A stretch of DNA of 64,000 bases. Origin: Candidatus Moranbacteria bacterium GW2011_GWE2_35_2-. GTDB taxonomy: Bacteria > Patescibacteriota > Minisyncoccia > Moranbacterales > UBA9337. Positions 1-9,560 of this stretch are shown here, one piece after another. Both the position numbers and the translations under genes were made by a program. The stretch spans positions 207,276 to 271,275 of the forward strand of contig LBQD01000001.1 in assembly GCA_000990585.1 (NCBI GenBank), read 5' to 3'. The notes under the pieces are model-generated. The model was not told the DNA's origin. It was given only the letters and a program-made list of their open reading frames with translations, and did not search any database. Numbering within the stretch: the first letter of the stretch is position 1; every line of letters begins with the position of its first letter.

Positions 1-294
1 GGACCGGAAATGATTTCTTGCCCTACCTGCGGCAGAACAGAAATTGATTTAATCGGATTGGCGAACAAAGTTGAAAAAGCGCTTTTGAAAATAAAAATAC
101 CTATTAAGGTAGCTGTAATGGGATGCGTGGTTAACGGTCCCGGAGAAGCCCGAGAAGCGGATATCGGAGTAGCCGGAGGAAAAGGAATGGGAGCTATTTT
201 TGCCAAAGGAAAAGTCATCAAAAGCGTCAAAGAAAAAGACATCCTCCCCACTCTTTTGGAAGAAATCAGGAAACTGGAAAAAGAAAAAATATAG
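1..294 (+). CDS. ispG: 4-hydroxy-3-methylbut-2-enyl diphosphate synthase IspG, C-terminal fragment (the gene begins upstream of the window)
   Basis: The frame is open from base 1. Translation contains the IspG C-terminal 4Fe-4S motifs (SCPTCGRT ... VAVMGCVVNGPGEAREADIGVAGG). Confidence 0.8.
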   Translation, partial: GPEMISCPTCGRTEIDLIGLANKVEKALLKIKIPIKVAVMGCVVNGPGEAREADIGVAGGKGMGAIFAKGKVIKSVKEKDILPTLLEEIRKLEKEKI

Positions 295-301
295 AAAAAT
301 A

Positions 302-334
302 CAAAAAAACAAGGAAATATTTCCTTGTTTTTTA
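302..334. terminator. Bidirectional rho-independent terminator between convergent ispG (+) and the histidine kinase gene (-)
   Basis: Inverted repeat acaaggaaat/atttccttgt with a tight loop, flanked by an A-run on one side and a T-run on the other. Confidence 0.5.
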
Positions 335-359
335 TATTACAAAAACACGCAAAAATCAC

Positions 360-2048
360 CTATTCCCCCTCCTTCATCCCCACTTCGGTGCTGATATTAG
401 GGTCAATCCATTTTAGGGGAAGTTGAATGTAGAAGCGCGAACCTTTTCCGATGCCGTCCGACTCAACCCAAACCCTTCCGCCATGCGCTTCAATAATATT
501 TTTCGCCACAAACAAACCTAAACCAGTTCCAGTGGCATTAAGTCTTGAGGTATTTTTACCGCGAGAGAATTTTTTGAAAAGATATGGAATTTCATCTCTC
601 GGTATTCCAATTCCAGTATCGGAAACAATAATTTTCACTGAGTTTGAATCGCTTTCAAATCCGATCTCCACCCCTCCTTTTTCAGTATATTTAATTGCAT
701 TGTCGATAAAATTGGAAATAACTTCGCGTACCTTGATTCCATCAACGTGAAAAACAGGCAATGGACTTTTTGGAGCGTTGACTTTCAAAAATAATCCTTC
801 GTCTTCAGCTTTGAGCGCCAAACTATCACACGATTGACTAACCAAATCCTCTAATCGCGCATCTGCCAAATCATATTTCATTCTTCCAGATTCAATTCGC
901 GAAGCATTGAGTAAGTCTTCCACTAAAAGAATCAATCGCTCATTGGCACTATAAGCTTTTTGCAAAGCGTTTTTAACAGAATCATCCACTTGTCCATATG
1001 AACCTTCGACAACCAAAGACAAGTACCCCTTGATTGCCGTGAGCGGAGTACGCAATTGATGTGAAGCGATGGAGATAAACTCAGACTTGGCTTTGTCCAA
1101 CTTTTTCAATTGAATATTCGCTTTCACCAATTGCTGACTTAAAACCTCCAATTCTTCTTTTTGCTGAATATCCCGTTTTACTGATTTGGTCAAAATATAC
1201 CCAAACCCCAACGCTAAAATTAAAGTAATCCCAACTAAAATAAAATTCACCAAAGAATCAATAAAAAAATATTCAGAGGCAATAATAATTATCAATGAGA
1301 GCATCAAAGCTTGCACTCCGAATACTTTTACATTAAAAGCTTTGTAACGAACGATTAAATATGCCAAAACACCCATAAAAACAGGGGCTCCGAATAGTCC
1401 GTATTGGGTTATTTCCCAATCAGTGGTAATATTTCCAACTATATTCGCCCACGAAAAAGAAATGATAAAAAATATAACCCCTAAAGAAAATATTACGATA
1501 TGTTTCCTTGACATTCCTTCACGGATAAATATTAAATTCTTCACAAGAAAATAAATAATTAAAGCGGATAATAATATTTCGAAGGAATAATTATATTTCA
1601 TCAATTCTCCCTGTATTGATTCGCACACCGAAAGGTCAAAATACTTCAAGTTATATGTCGTCGAAAGCAAAAATAAAATCGGCAGAAAAAGAATAACTAC
1701 GACAAATTTGAATCGATAATCGGTTTTTTCTTTCAGATAATGAGAAACGAAATACAAAAGAGTTAAGTATATCAAAGGTTCAACCAAATTCATCAGTCCC
1801 CATGAAAGCATTATGATTCTGCTGTCGATATTGACCCATGTAATTACATCAAAAATCGACCACAAAGAAAACAAAATCGCCACAATAAAAATCAAAAATG
1901 CGCTTATGGAAGAAGTATTCTTGAAAAAAACATAAGATCCTATAACTAAGGTTGCTATTATTCCGGTAAAGTGTGAATAATATAACAACTGAGGAGCTAT
2001 GTCGGAAAAAAGAAATAGAAATGGTGCTGAAGCATCTTGGCAAAACAT
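360..2048 (-). CDS. Membrane-bound sensor histidine kinase
   Basis: Multiple N-terminal hydrophobic helices. HisKA phospho-acceptor motif ASHQLRTPLTAIKGY. C-terminal HATPase_c signatures (DTGIGIP, GTGLGL). No response regulator is adjacent. Confidence 0.85.
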   Translation of the reverse strand: MFCQDASAPFLFLFSDIAPQLLYYSHFTGIIATLVIGSYVFFKNTSSISAFLIFIVAILFSLWSIFDVITWVNIDSRIIMLSWGLMNLVEPLIYLTLLYFVSHYLKEKTDYRFKFVVVILFLPILFLLSTTYNLKYFDLSVCESIQGELMKYNYSFEILLSALIIYFLVKNLIFIREGMSRKHIVIFSLGVIFFIISFSWANIVGNITTDWEITQYGLFGAPVFMGVLAYLIVRYKAFNVKVFGVQALMLSLIIIIASEYFFIDSLVNFILVGITLILALGFGYILTKSVKRDIQQKEELEVLSQQLVKANIQLKKLDKAKSEFISIASHQLRTPLTAIKGYLSLVVEGSYGQVDDSVKNALQKAYSANERLILLVEDLLNASRIESGRMKYDLADARLEDLVSQSCDSLALKAEDEGLFLKVNAPKSPLPVFHVDGIKVREVISNFIDNAIKYTEKGGVEIGFESDSNSVKIIVSDTGIGIPRDEIPYLFKKFSRGKNTSRLNATGTGLGLFVAKNIIEAHGGRVWVESDGIGKGSRFYIQLPLKWIDPNISTEVGMKEGE

Positions 2049-2130
2049 TTTTTTATTTTTATATTATATTATTTTATTTTTTATTGCCCTATAATTATAC
2101 CACAAATTAAATCAATACATCTACTAAATA

Positions 2131-3423
2131 TTATATCCAACCCCACTTTCTCAATTTTTCCCCATCTTCCTGTTCAAACTTCATCCCGATATCATTTCTG
2201 TAAAACTTTTTCGGAATTATAATTTTTTTAATTATTCTATGAATATTCTCTCTAACCTCCCCGACTGTCCCGCCTGAACATGCAACATTCAAAACAAATC
2301 CGGAATCTCCTGCTATCCTAAATTTCCCGTCATCATCCCTATAAACTTCATCGAAATGAATATTTTTAATTTCATCTTCTGTTAATTTAGATGAAAAATA
2401 AATTTCTTTATTCCTAAATGAATATTTTTCATTATCAACTTTATATGGAAAAGGAGGAACCGCAATCAAAACAGTCATAGAAAATCCATCTTTATATTTT
2501 AATTCGTATTTTTCTCCGTCCGCCACCGCTTTTAAAAATTTACTCCAATCGGATATATGCAAAGATTCTTGTGCATGAATAGCAGGCCAGCCAAATCTTG
2601 TTGTCAATTCCAATGGAAAAATTTTACCTTTATTAACAATACAATTTATATCAACATCGCCACGAAAATCTATTTTCTGAAAAAATGGTTTTAATTTTTC
2701 CAGTGTAGCTTGGAATAATTTATTGTTTTCATCCTTTTCATACCACATCAAAGTTCCCATTTCATCGGTTTTCGGACCTATACATCCCGCAAATAAATCT
2801 TTATGCTCCATATTAATTTCGATAGGACCAACCCAATCATTTCCATTAAAATATCTCGCCACTCCAATTTCAATTCCATATACCCTTTTTTGCAAATCTA
2901 CCGGAATACATTTTTCCTTATTTTGAAAATAAGATTCAAGAACATCAATAACATCCCTTCCGTCCTTAAATTCTCCCACATAGTTACAAGTCTTATCTTG
3001 ATGTCCATTTTGCTTAATAACCCAAGGTCCTTCATTATTTTTCACAAATGCAACTGCTTTTTCCAATAAATCGAATCTTTCCGTTGGAGCAATATCAATT
3101 CCGCAAGCAGAAAATATTTTTTGTCCGTATTGCCGATCATGCTCGAGCTTGTCTCCCATTTCGCATCCTCCGATAACGGAATATCCGTTTTTTCTCAACT
3201 CATCTTGAATTTTTCCATATCCAGTGCTATCAAAGACAATCATCCCCTCTTTTCCGACCCATTCAAGATCCTTTTCCCAATTGTCTGTTTTTTCAACCAT
3301 TCCATCGAAACATTTTTTCAAATCATGATCATCGATGAAAAGTCGCACGTCATTGCCTTCATTTTTCAATCTATACGCCAAATCTCCGCCTGACAAATCT
3401 CTCGAAACAAAAAGTATGTTCAT
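2131..3423 (-). CDS. ATP-grasp enzyme, divergent PurD (phosphoribosylamine-glycine ligase)-like
   Basis: 430 aa. Layout parallels PurD: ATP-grasp core with VIKQNGHQDKT, MEHKDL, GPKTDEMGT and ELTTRFGWP, which resemble the PurD AGKGV, DHKR, GPNTGGMG and CRFGDPE blocks. Divergent, so exact function is uncertain. Confidence 0.5.
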   Translation of the reverse strand: MNILFVSRDLSGGDLAYRLKNEGNDVRLFIDDHDLKKCFDGMVEKTDNWEKDLEWVGKEGMIVFDSTGYGKIQDELRKNGYSVIGGCEMGDKLEHDRQYGQKIFSACGIDIAPTERFDLLEKAVAFVKNNEGPWVIKQNGHQDKTCNYVGEFKDGRDVIDVLESYFQNKEKCIPVDLQKRVYGIEIGVARYFNGNDWVGPIEINMEHKDLFAGCIGPKTDEMGTLMWYEKDENNKLFQATLEKLKPFFQKIDFRGDVDINCIVNKGKIFPLELTTRFGWPAIHAQESLHISDWSKFLKAVADGEKYELKYKDGFSMTVLIAVPPFPYKVDNEKYSFRNKEIYFSSKLTEDEIKNIHFDEVYRDDDGKFRIAGDSGFVLNVACSGGTVGEVRENIHRIIKKIIIPKKFYRNDIGMKFEQEDGEKLRKWGWI

Positions 3424-3474
3424 AAAAAAATAATTCTGCGCAATTCCGGATAAAACCGCAAAAAATAAACTTGA

Positions 3475-4038
3475 TTATATATTATTTAAAAATCTCATAA
3501 TCCCATCATACCCCAAAGAATAGGTACCTGTCCAAAACACTGCTTGAAGCGATGTCATAAAAAAAATAACCAGTCCTTTTTTAAAGATAGTGTTGAGTTC
3601 ATTTTTAAAGTATTCGACCATTCTTTCCGGGCCATCCCAAATAGACGCTTTCAGTGCAAAAATGAAAAAAGAAGTCATACCGACCATTTTTGATTTAGAA
3701 AAAATTTTCCCAATAGATCTTCTATATTCTTGTCCTAAAGTCAAATCTTTTCCTGATTTAATGCAGATAATAAGAAGTAAGGTGGCTGAAATAAAATCAA
3801 AAGCCCACATCGCAAAAAATGCTTCCGCAAAACCCGATCCTGCCTGCTTAAATATGATTATCAAAAGAATGCTAAGTCCTGTTAATCCATAATCAAGAAT
3901 TGAATAAACAGCCCAGCGGATTACAATTGATTTTGTCCGTAAAAATTTTTCCCGTAAGGTTTCTTCACCTAATATCAGTCCGCTTCCGAGTATTATAACA
4001 GCCACCACCCCTAAAATTTTCGCAATATTCTCTTCCAT
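3475..4038 (-). CDS. Small integral membrane protein, unknown function
   Basis: 187 aa with several hydrophobic helices. Immediately downstream of the 62-bp repeat promoter element. Confidence 0.5.
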   Translation of the reverse strand: MEENIAKILGVVAVIILGSGLILGEETLREKFLRTKSIVIRWAVYSILDYGLTGLSILLIIIFKQAGSGFAEAFFAMWAFDFISATLLLIICIKSGKDLTLGQEYRRSIGKIFSKSKMVGMTSFFIFALKASIWDGPERMVEYFKNELNTIFKKGLVIFFMTSLQAVFWTGTYSLGYDGIMRFLNNI

Positions 4039-4046
4039 TAAATTAT

Positions 4047-4109
4047 TCTTAATTTCAAATCAACCAAATCCCAATTTCCACCCACTGCGTTTTATTATAC
4101 ATAAAAAAA
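4047..4109 (-). promoter_or_regulatory. 62-bp repeated promoter/5-prime-leader element, copy 1 (upstream of the 3475..4038 gene)
   Basis: Exact repeat of 9497..9560. On the minus strand it reads TTTTTTTATGTATAATAAAACGCAGTGGGTGGAAATTGGGATTTGGTTGATTTGAAATTAAG. TGTATAAT is an extended -10 box (complement of 4094..4099). About 45 nt of G-run-rich leader follow before the start codon. Confidence 0.5.
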
Positions 4110-4190
4110 TTTAGAAAAACAAATCTGACAAATAAAAAAGAGGCCGAATGGAAATCCATAAAGCCCCTTATGCTCGTACAAATAACTGCA

Positions 4191-5498
4191 TTAAAAAACT
4201 GGCAAGATACAAGTCTCTCTCGCATTCTTTTCGCCTTCTTGAAAAAGCATATAGAAACGATTGAGACCGAAGCCTATTCCGGCCGTCGGTGGAAGACCGA
4301 ATCCTAATGCACTAAGATAATCCTCATTTATTACTCTTCCTGTTCTCTCGGATTGTTCTATTAAGAGAGAAGAAACTTTTTTCATGTCATTTTCATCAGT
4401 TGAAATAGTTGCCATATTCACCCCCATTGCAATAAAAAAGGCACTTTCAGACATTTTCTCGTTTTGAGAATTTCTTTTGGCAAATGGAGATATTCCCGAC
4501 GGAACATCCACTAAAAAAGTTGGCTCAATAAAATTGGGGGTGAAAATCTTATCTACTAATTTCATTGTCCAAGTAAATTCATCCATATCCTCGAAAAAGA
4601 CCCCAGAAAATTTTCTCGCCAACCAAGTAGCCGTGCATTTATCCCCTCTAATTCCCAGAAACTCAAGACAAGCTTCATCAAAAGTTTTCCTGGCAAAAGG
4701 AGGTTTAAAGCAAACTTCACTATTACCATCAAATATAGATGATTGCCCAGTGACCTTGGTTAAAACATGGAAAATCATTCGCTCCAATAACTGCATCATA
4801 TCGTGATAATTCTGGTTAACTGCATACAATTCCAGTAGAGTAAATTCCGGTAAATGCATCCTATCAATTCCTTCATTCCTGAAGGATTGAGAAAGTTCAT
4901 AGACCTTTTCAAATCCTGCTACCATCAACCTTTTGAGCTTTAATTCACTGGTTAAGCTCAAATAAAGTTTTTTTCCATTAGCCTTGCAAACCGTTTGAAA
5001 TGGTTCGGCTTGACCTCCTTCAAAATGTTCCTGAAGAATGCCTGTGACAAATTCCCTAAATCCTTCTTTTCTCAGAAATTGCCTGACAGCATCATTCAAT
5101 TGAGACATTATCAAAATATAATCAAAAAGAGATTTATTAGCAATAATATCCATAACTTTATTTCCGCTTCTGCTCAGATGATTAATTCCTCCGAGCTTAT
5201 TCTGAAGGACTTCACATCCTTCTTTCTCCAGATAAACTGATTTAATAGAAATAGATGGCTCTCCTTTTTGAGTTACGATTTTCTCTCCTTCAAAGAAAAT
5301 CAAACTACCTAAACCCACTTTTTTGAATTGTTCATAATCAGTAGTTAATCCTTTTTGAATCAATAGCTGAACATCTTCTTCTTGAAAGCGAACTTTCCAG
5401 AATGATATTTTTCCAAAATCTCTCTTTTTGAGAACTCTGGCATAACCAGAAAACTGCGTGCCGTTTTCAACCTTTTCAAGAAAATTCTTATCTCTCAT
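4191..5498 (-). CDS. lysS: Lysine--tRNA ligase (class II)
   Basis: N-terminal OB-fold anticodon-binding region. Class II motif 2 FRNEGIDRMHLPEFTLLELY and motif 3 GLPPTAGIGFGLNRFYML match the LysRS consensus. Confidence 0.8.
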   Translation of the reverse strand: MRDKNFLEKVENGTQFSGYARVLKKRDFGKISFWKVRFQEEDVQLLIQKGLTTDYEQFKKVGLGSLIFFEGEKIVTQKGEPSISIKSVYLEKEGCEVLQNKLGGINHLSRSGNKVMDIIANKSLFDYILIMSQLNDAVRQFLRKEGFREFVTGILQEHFEGGQAEPFQTVCKANGKKLYLSLTSELKLKRLMVAGFEKVYELSQSFRNEGIDRMHLPEFTLLELYAVNQNYHDMMQLLERMIFHVLTKVTGQSSIFDGNSEVCFKPPFARKTFDEACLEFLGIRGDKCTATWLARKFSGVFFEDMDEFTWTMKLVDKIFTPNFIEPTFLVDVPSGISPFAKRNSQNEKMSESAFFIAMGVNMATISTDENDMKKVSSLLIEQSERTGRVINEDYLSALGFGLPPTAGIGFGLNRFYMLFQEGEKNARETCILPVF

Positions 5499-5545
5499 AG
5501 CTTCTCTCCATTTTTTGAAATGTAAATGAACTTTTATTAAAAATT

Positions 5546-6454
5546 CTATTTTTTAGGTATAAACACGAACTCTCCACAACCTGCTCCGACATCCTTACCT
5601 GCAGTCATAAATCTGACAATTTCATTTTCAACCCCATTATTTCTTAATTTATCTTCAAACTCTAATAAATCACCATAACCCGCCTTTTGATAATTGTCAA
5701 TATCGTTATTGGGTTCCGTTAATATTAGTTTAAAAATTTCCTTTTTGTCTTTTAGCAAATTTGCCAGTTTTTTAACATCTTCATTAAGATTATTAAATCC
5801 TAAAAACAACATGTAATTCAACCAAATAAATCTGCCTGTTTTTTTATAATAATCCTCAGCCGATTTAATAATTTCAGAAATTGAATACTTATTGGCAGCA
5901 GGCATAATTTTTTTTCTTTTTTCATCATCCGAAGCGTGCAAAGAAACCCAAAGGTCAATAGGAAGCTTTTCTTCCGCTAACTTATTCAATGAGTCAGGTA
6001 TTCCTACTGTCGCCAAGGCAATTCTTCTTATTCCGCTATACAAATCCTTTTTTTCTATAAGCTCTCTCATACAATTCACAACTTCGTCATAATTATCCAA
6101 TGGCTCACCTATTCCCATAAAAACAATACAATCAAATTTTTCAGTTTTTTCTTCCTTAGCTAAAACTCTTAACTCATCTTTCATTTCTTTCTTTGATAAA
6201 TTTCTCAAATATCCGTTTTTTCCCGAGGTGCAAAATTTGCAACCATATTTGCAACCCACTTGAGTCGAAATACAAGCATGCTCCTCCATCCTGCCATCCA
6301 TAATCATATGGAATGCCGCACTTTCAATCATATTTCCATCGTCTAATTTCAATCTCAGTTTTAAATCAGAAAGAGGCTGGAAGGTTTCTTTTTTCCATTT
6401 ATCTGTTTTTTGACGAGGATAACTATATTTTTTTCTATTTATAACTTTCATCAT
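5546..6454 (-). CDS. rlmN: Radical SAM 23S rRNA/tRNA adenine C2-methyltransferase (RlmN/Cfr family)
   Basis: ISTQVGCKYGCKFCTSG (CxxxCxxC preceded by SxQVGC), followed by GIGEPLDNY. This is typical of RlmN. Confidence 0.8.
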   Translation of the reverse strand: MMKVINRKKYSYPRQKTDKWKKETFQPLSDLKLRLKLDDGNMIESAAFHMIMDGRMEEHACISTQVGCKYGCKFCTSGKNGYLRNLSKKEMKDELRVLAKEEKTEKFDCIVFMGIGEPLDNYDEVVNCMRELIEKKDLYSGIRRIALATVGIPDSLNKLAEEKLPIDLWVSLHASDDEKRKKIMPAANKYSISEIIKSAEDYYKKTGRFIWLNYMLFLGFNNLNEDVKKLANLLKDKKEIFKLILTEPNNDIDNYQKAGYGDLLEFEDKLRNNGVENEIVRFMTAGKDVGAGCGEFVFIPKK

Positions 6455-6457
6455 TTT

Positions 6458-7489
6458 TTACCCAGCCACACCTGATTCTTTAATTTCAAAAATATTATTC
6501 CGAGAATCAAGCATCACTTTAGCTCCTAACGGCAAGGTCATTATTGGAGAGACATGACCAATGTTCGCATTAAATAAAATTGGATAATTATACTTCTTTG
6601 TATAATAATCAATAATTTTTCTAAGTTCTTTATTATCATCTTCATTATAAAAGTATGGTCTTCCGATTATTAACCCTTTTATATCCTTAAACACTCCTAT
6701 ATTATCTATATCAGCTAAAAATGAATCTAGATCAGCTAGAGGAAATTTTTCTCCCGGACTTGATTCGGGGATATCAATAAACATAATCTTATTTTTAAAA
6801 TCTACCCAGTATTCAGTTCCTGTGAGATGATTCATGGATGGAATACAACCTCCAAAAATTTGCCCTTGCGCTTTTCCTTTCTTCCACCATTCGTAACCTT
6901 TCGAAGGAGTTAGCTTCCTGGCTCTGGTTTGGTCTTTTTTCTCAAACCAATCCAAAAATTCCCAAGTCCAGGAATTAGACTGATTTACGTTACCAATCAC
7001 CTTATTATCCATTACTCCTTTTTCAAAATATTCCAACGTGTATGGCAAAACTTCAGGGTACTCTCCAAATTCAGAAATGATGCAGGGACCGTAATAAGTC
7101 CTTAAGTTAGCCTTTACCGCAAAAGCCATATGAAGCACTGTGATATCTGAATATCCTATAAAAATTTTAGGATTGTCCCTAATAACATCAAAATTAAGAT
7201 ATTTTAAAACTTGATTGGAATGGTCACCTCCAATTGTTGTGATTATCGCCTTAACTTCTTTATCTAAAAACATCTCGTGAATATCATCAGCCCTTTCTTT
7301 TCCCGAGGCAGATACGTAACCATTGTTTTTCAGCGAATTTTTTGCATATTTAATATTGAATCCTAATTTCAATAAATTTTTTTTTGCCTGTTCTATTCGA
7401 TGTGGAAAAATAGGACCCAAGCCTGCTGACGGAGAAACAATCCCGATTATATCGCCTTTCTTTAATTTTTTTGGAATAATTAAGTTCAT
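6458..7489 (-). CDS. LD-carboxypeptidase (peptidase S66, LdcA-like)
   Basis: N-terminal GDIIGIVSPSAG and central GYSDITVLH motifs of the S66 family. 3-bp gap to rlmN suggests an operon. Confidence 0.75.
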   Translation of the reverse strand: MNLIIPKKLKKGDIIGIVSPSAGLGPIFPHRIEQAKKNLLKLGFNIKYAKNSLKNNGYVSASGKERADDIHEMFLDKEVKAIITTIGGDHSNQVLKYLNFDVIRDNPKIFIGYSDITVLHMAFAVKANLRTYYGPCIISEFGEYPEVLPYTLEYFEKGVMDNKVIGNVNQSNSWTWEFLDWFEKKDQTRARKLTPSKGYEWWKKGKAQGQIFGGCIPSMNHLTGTEYWVDFKNKIMFIDIPESSPGEKFPLADLDSFLADIDNIGVFKDIKGLIIGRPYFYNEDDNKELRKIIDYYTKKYNYPILFNANIGHVSPIMTLPLGAKVMLDSRNNIFEIKESGVAG

Positions 7490-7500
7490 TTTGTTTTAAT

Positions 7501-8340
7501 TTAACTCTTAATAGCCACCACAAACATATTCATACCCCTATTTATAACTGTTGAATGACTGTTGTATTTCATTTCCAATTCAAATACCTTACTGAAAAAA
7601 TCCTCTCTCTCCAATGCATCTGAAATTCTACTTCTTTTAACATTTTCCGGGTCAAAATCTTCATATCCAGGTTGAACAAATACTGGAACTCCATAAGTTT
7701 TTTCGATAGAAAAACCTGCTTTTTGCAAATCATTTTCCAATATTTCTTTAGAAAAAACATTTAATTTTGGCACATAATCACCCCACTTAACCATTTTCTC
7801 CTCATCTAAATTATTCAGTTCTACAGCTTCAGCACAAAAATTATTTATTTTTGAAAAAATAGCATTATAAAAGCCATGACCCATTATAATAGCTTTTCCG
7901 CCTTTTTTTAAAATTCTATATATTTCACTGAACGCCTTTTCTTTTTCGTATATAAAACTTATCGGACTATAAATACTGATAACATAATCAATTGAGTCAG
8001 ATTTTAATTTTTCCATATTTTTCAAATCCCCTTCAATCAGTTGTACTCTACTTTCAATATCTGAATTTTTGATATTTTTTTCCGCCTCTTCAAGCATATC
8101 GCTAGACAAATCATATACAATAAATTTTGATTTATAGATTTTGCTTAAATCACAAACCCATCTTCCTGTTCCTCCTCCAGCATCCAAGATGATTGATTCC
8201 TCTCCAATATCAACAGGAATATTGTCCCTTATAATTTGCATAATTAAGGCATCAGATAGCTTCCAAAAACCATGTTTATTAGCATTATCGACATTTTTTG
8301 AATATGGCTTGAAAAAATTATCAAATTCTTTTTTATTCAT
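7501..8340 (-). CDS. Class I SAM-dependent methyltransferase
   Basis: Motif I ILDAGGGTGRW and an overall Rossmann methyltransferase pattern. Confidence 0.7.
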   Translation of the reverse strand: MNKKEFDNFFKPYSKNVDNANKHGFWKLSDALIMQIIRDNIPVDIGEESIILDAGGGTGRWVCDLSKIYKSKFIVYDLSSDMLEEAEKNIKNSDIESRVQLIEGDLKNMEKLKSDSIDYVISIYSPISFIYEKEKAFSEIYRILKKGGKAIIMGHGFYNAIFSKINNFCAEAVELNNLDEEKMVKWGDYVPKLNVFSKEILENDLQKAGFSIEKTYGVPVFVQPGYEDFDPENVKRSRISDALEREDFFSKVFELEMKYNSHSTVINRGMNMFVVAIKS

Positions 8341-8357
8341 ATTATTTAAAGTTAATA

Positions 8358-9476
8358 TTATGGGCGGGTTTCAATATTTTTAATTCTGGGATATAAAATA
8401 ACATCCCGTATATTATCCTTTCCTAAACTCCAAGCAATAAATCTTTCAATACCCAAACCAAAACCTGAAGTGGTCTTATAATTAGGTTGTTTCCTTAAGT
8501 CAATATACCATTCATATGGTTTTGGCGAAATATTTTCTTGTCTTTTGAGAGATTCATATATTTCATTCACATTATCTTGGCGCTGTCCGGAACCAACCAC
8601 TTCTCCTCCAAAAGAATTTTCCACTATAGGTGGGAAAAGCAAATCAGCATTAATTGTCTTATTAGGATTTTTTGGATTCGGTTTTTGATAAAAAGGAACT
8701 CTATCCCTATCAAAATCAGTAAGCCAAATAGGGGTTGTTACTTTCAAGATTTTCATAAGCTCAATTTCGCCCTCACAACTGATGTCATTACCATGACTGG
8801 TAAAATTAACCAACTCTCTTTTATCATTTTTTACCAATATATCAATCGCCTCGTCAAATGTAATTTTTGGAAATTCTTTAGTTCTCATTATTACCTCCAT
8901 GTATCGGCGTGTTTTTTCTGAATTTTCACTTATTTTTTTAACAATATTATTCATTGTAAAAATCACTTCAGCTAATGTCCTTATATACCCCTCAACTATT
9001 GGCAACAAATCATCCAACCTACCCTTCATTTCCATTTCACAATGATAGAATTGATTAAGATGACGCTTATCAGAATCCTCTCCCCGCATAGACGGCAAAT
9101 AGCAATAAACTTTTTCTAATCCATTCAAAAGTAAGGGCTCAAATCCGAATTGAGACGAATCAACTAAAAAAGTTTTCAAATTTCCAAACTTTATAGGAAC
9201 AGGTTTCGAATCAGATCCTGGACCCATAGGAGAAGAAATACTAGGAGTGAACATGAATAAATCAATATTTTTAGCTTTTTGTTTTTCGCTAAAATAAAAA
9301 TCAGAAATAATTTTAATGTAATGCCTCAAAACTATCAAAGCACGATAATAATCGCTGTCGCACAAATGCTTATAGTGCTTATTGGGGCAATACTCAGGCA
9401 TCTTGTATTTTTTATTTCCCTTTTTGAATATAGAATCATCTCCAATGATTTCTTTTTTCAATTTTTTTAACAACAT
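8358..9476 (-). CDS. Class II aaRS catalytic-core paralog (AsnRS/AspRS-like, no anticodon-binding domain); possible archaeal-type asparagine synthetase (AsnA-like)
   Basis: 372 aa. Motif 2-like MRGEDSDKRHLNQFYHCEMEM and motif 3 GFGLGIERFIAWSLG. No N-terminal OB fold. Confidence 0.55.
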   Translation of the reverse strand: MLLKKLKKEIIGDDSIFKKGNKKYKMPEYCPNKHYKHLCDSDYYRALIVLRHYIKIISDFYFSEKQKAKNIDLFMFTPSISSPMGPGSDSKPVPIKFGNLKTFLVDSSQFGFEPLLLNGLEKVYCYLPSMRGEDSDKRHLNQFYHCEMEMKGRLDDLLPIVEGYIRTLAEVIFTMNNIVKKISENSEKTRRYMEVIMRTKEFPKITFDEAIDILVKNDKRELVNFTSHGNDISCEGEIELMKILKVTTPIWLTDFDRDRVPFYQKPNPKNPNKTINADLLFPPIVENSFGGEVVGSGQRQDNVNEIYESLKRQENISPKPYEWYIDLRKQPNYKTTSGFGLGIERFIAWSLGKDNIRDVILYPRIKNIETRP

Positions 9477-9496
9477 AATAATAACTTTTTTTAATT

Positions 9497-9560
9497 CCTT
9501 AATTTCAAATCAACCAAATCCCAATTTCCACCCACTGCGTTTTATTATACATAAAAAAAA
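9497..9560 (-). promoter_or_regulatory. 62-bp repeated promoter/5-prime-leader element, copy 2 (upstream of the aaRS-like gene)
   Basis: Identical to 4047..4109. The TATAAT -10 box on the minus strand is the complement of 9544..9549. Confidence 0.5.
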
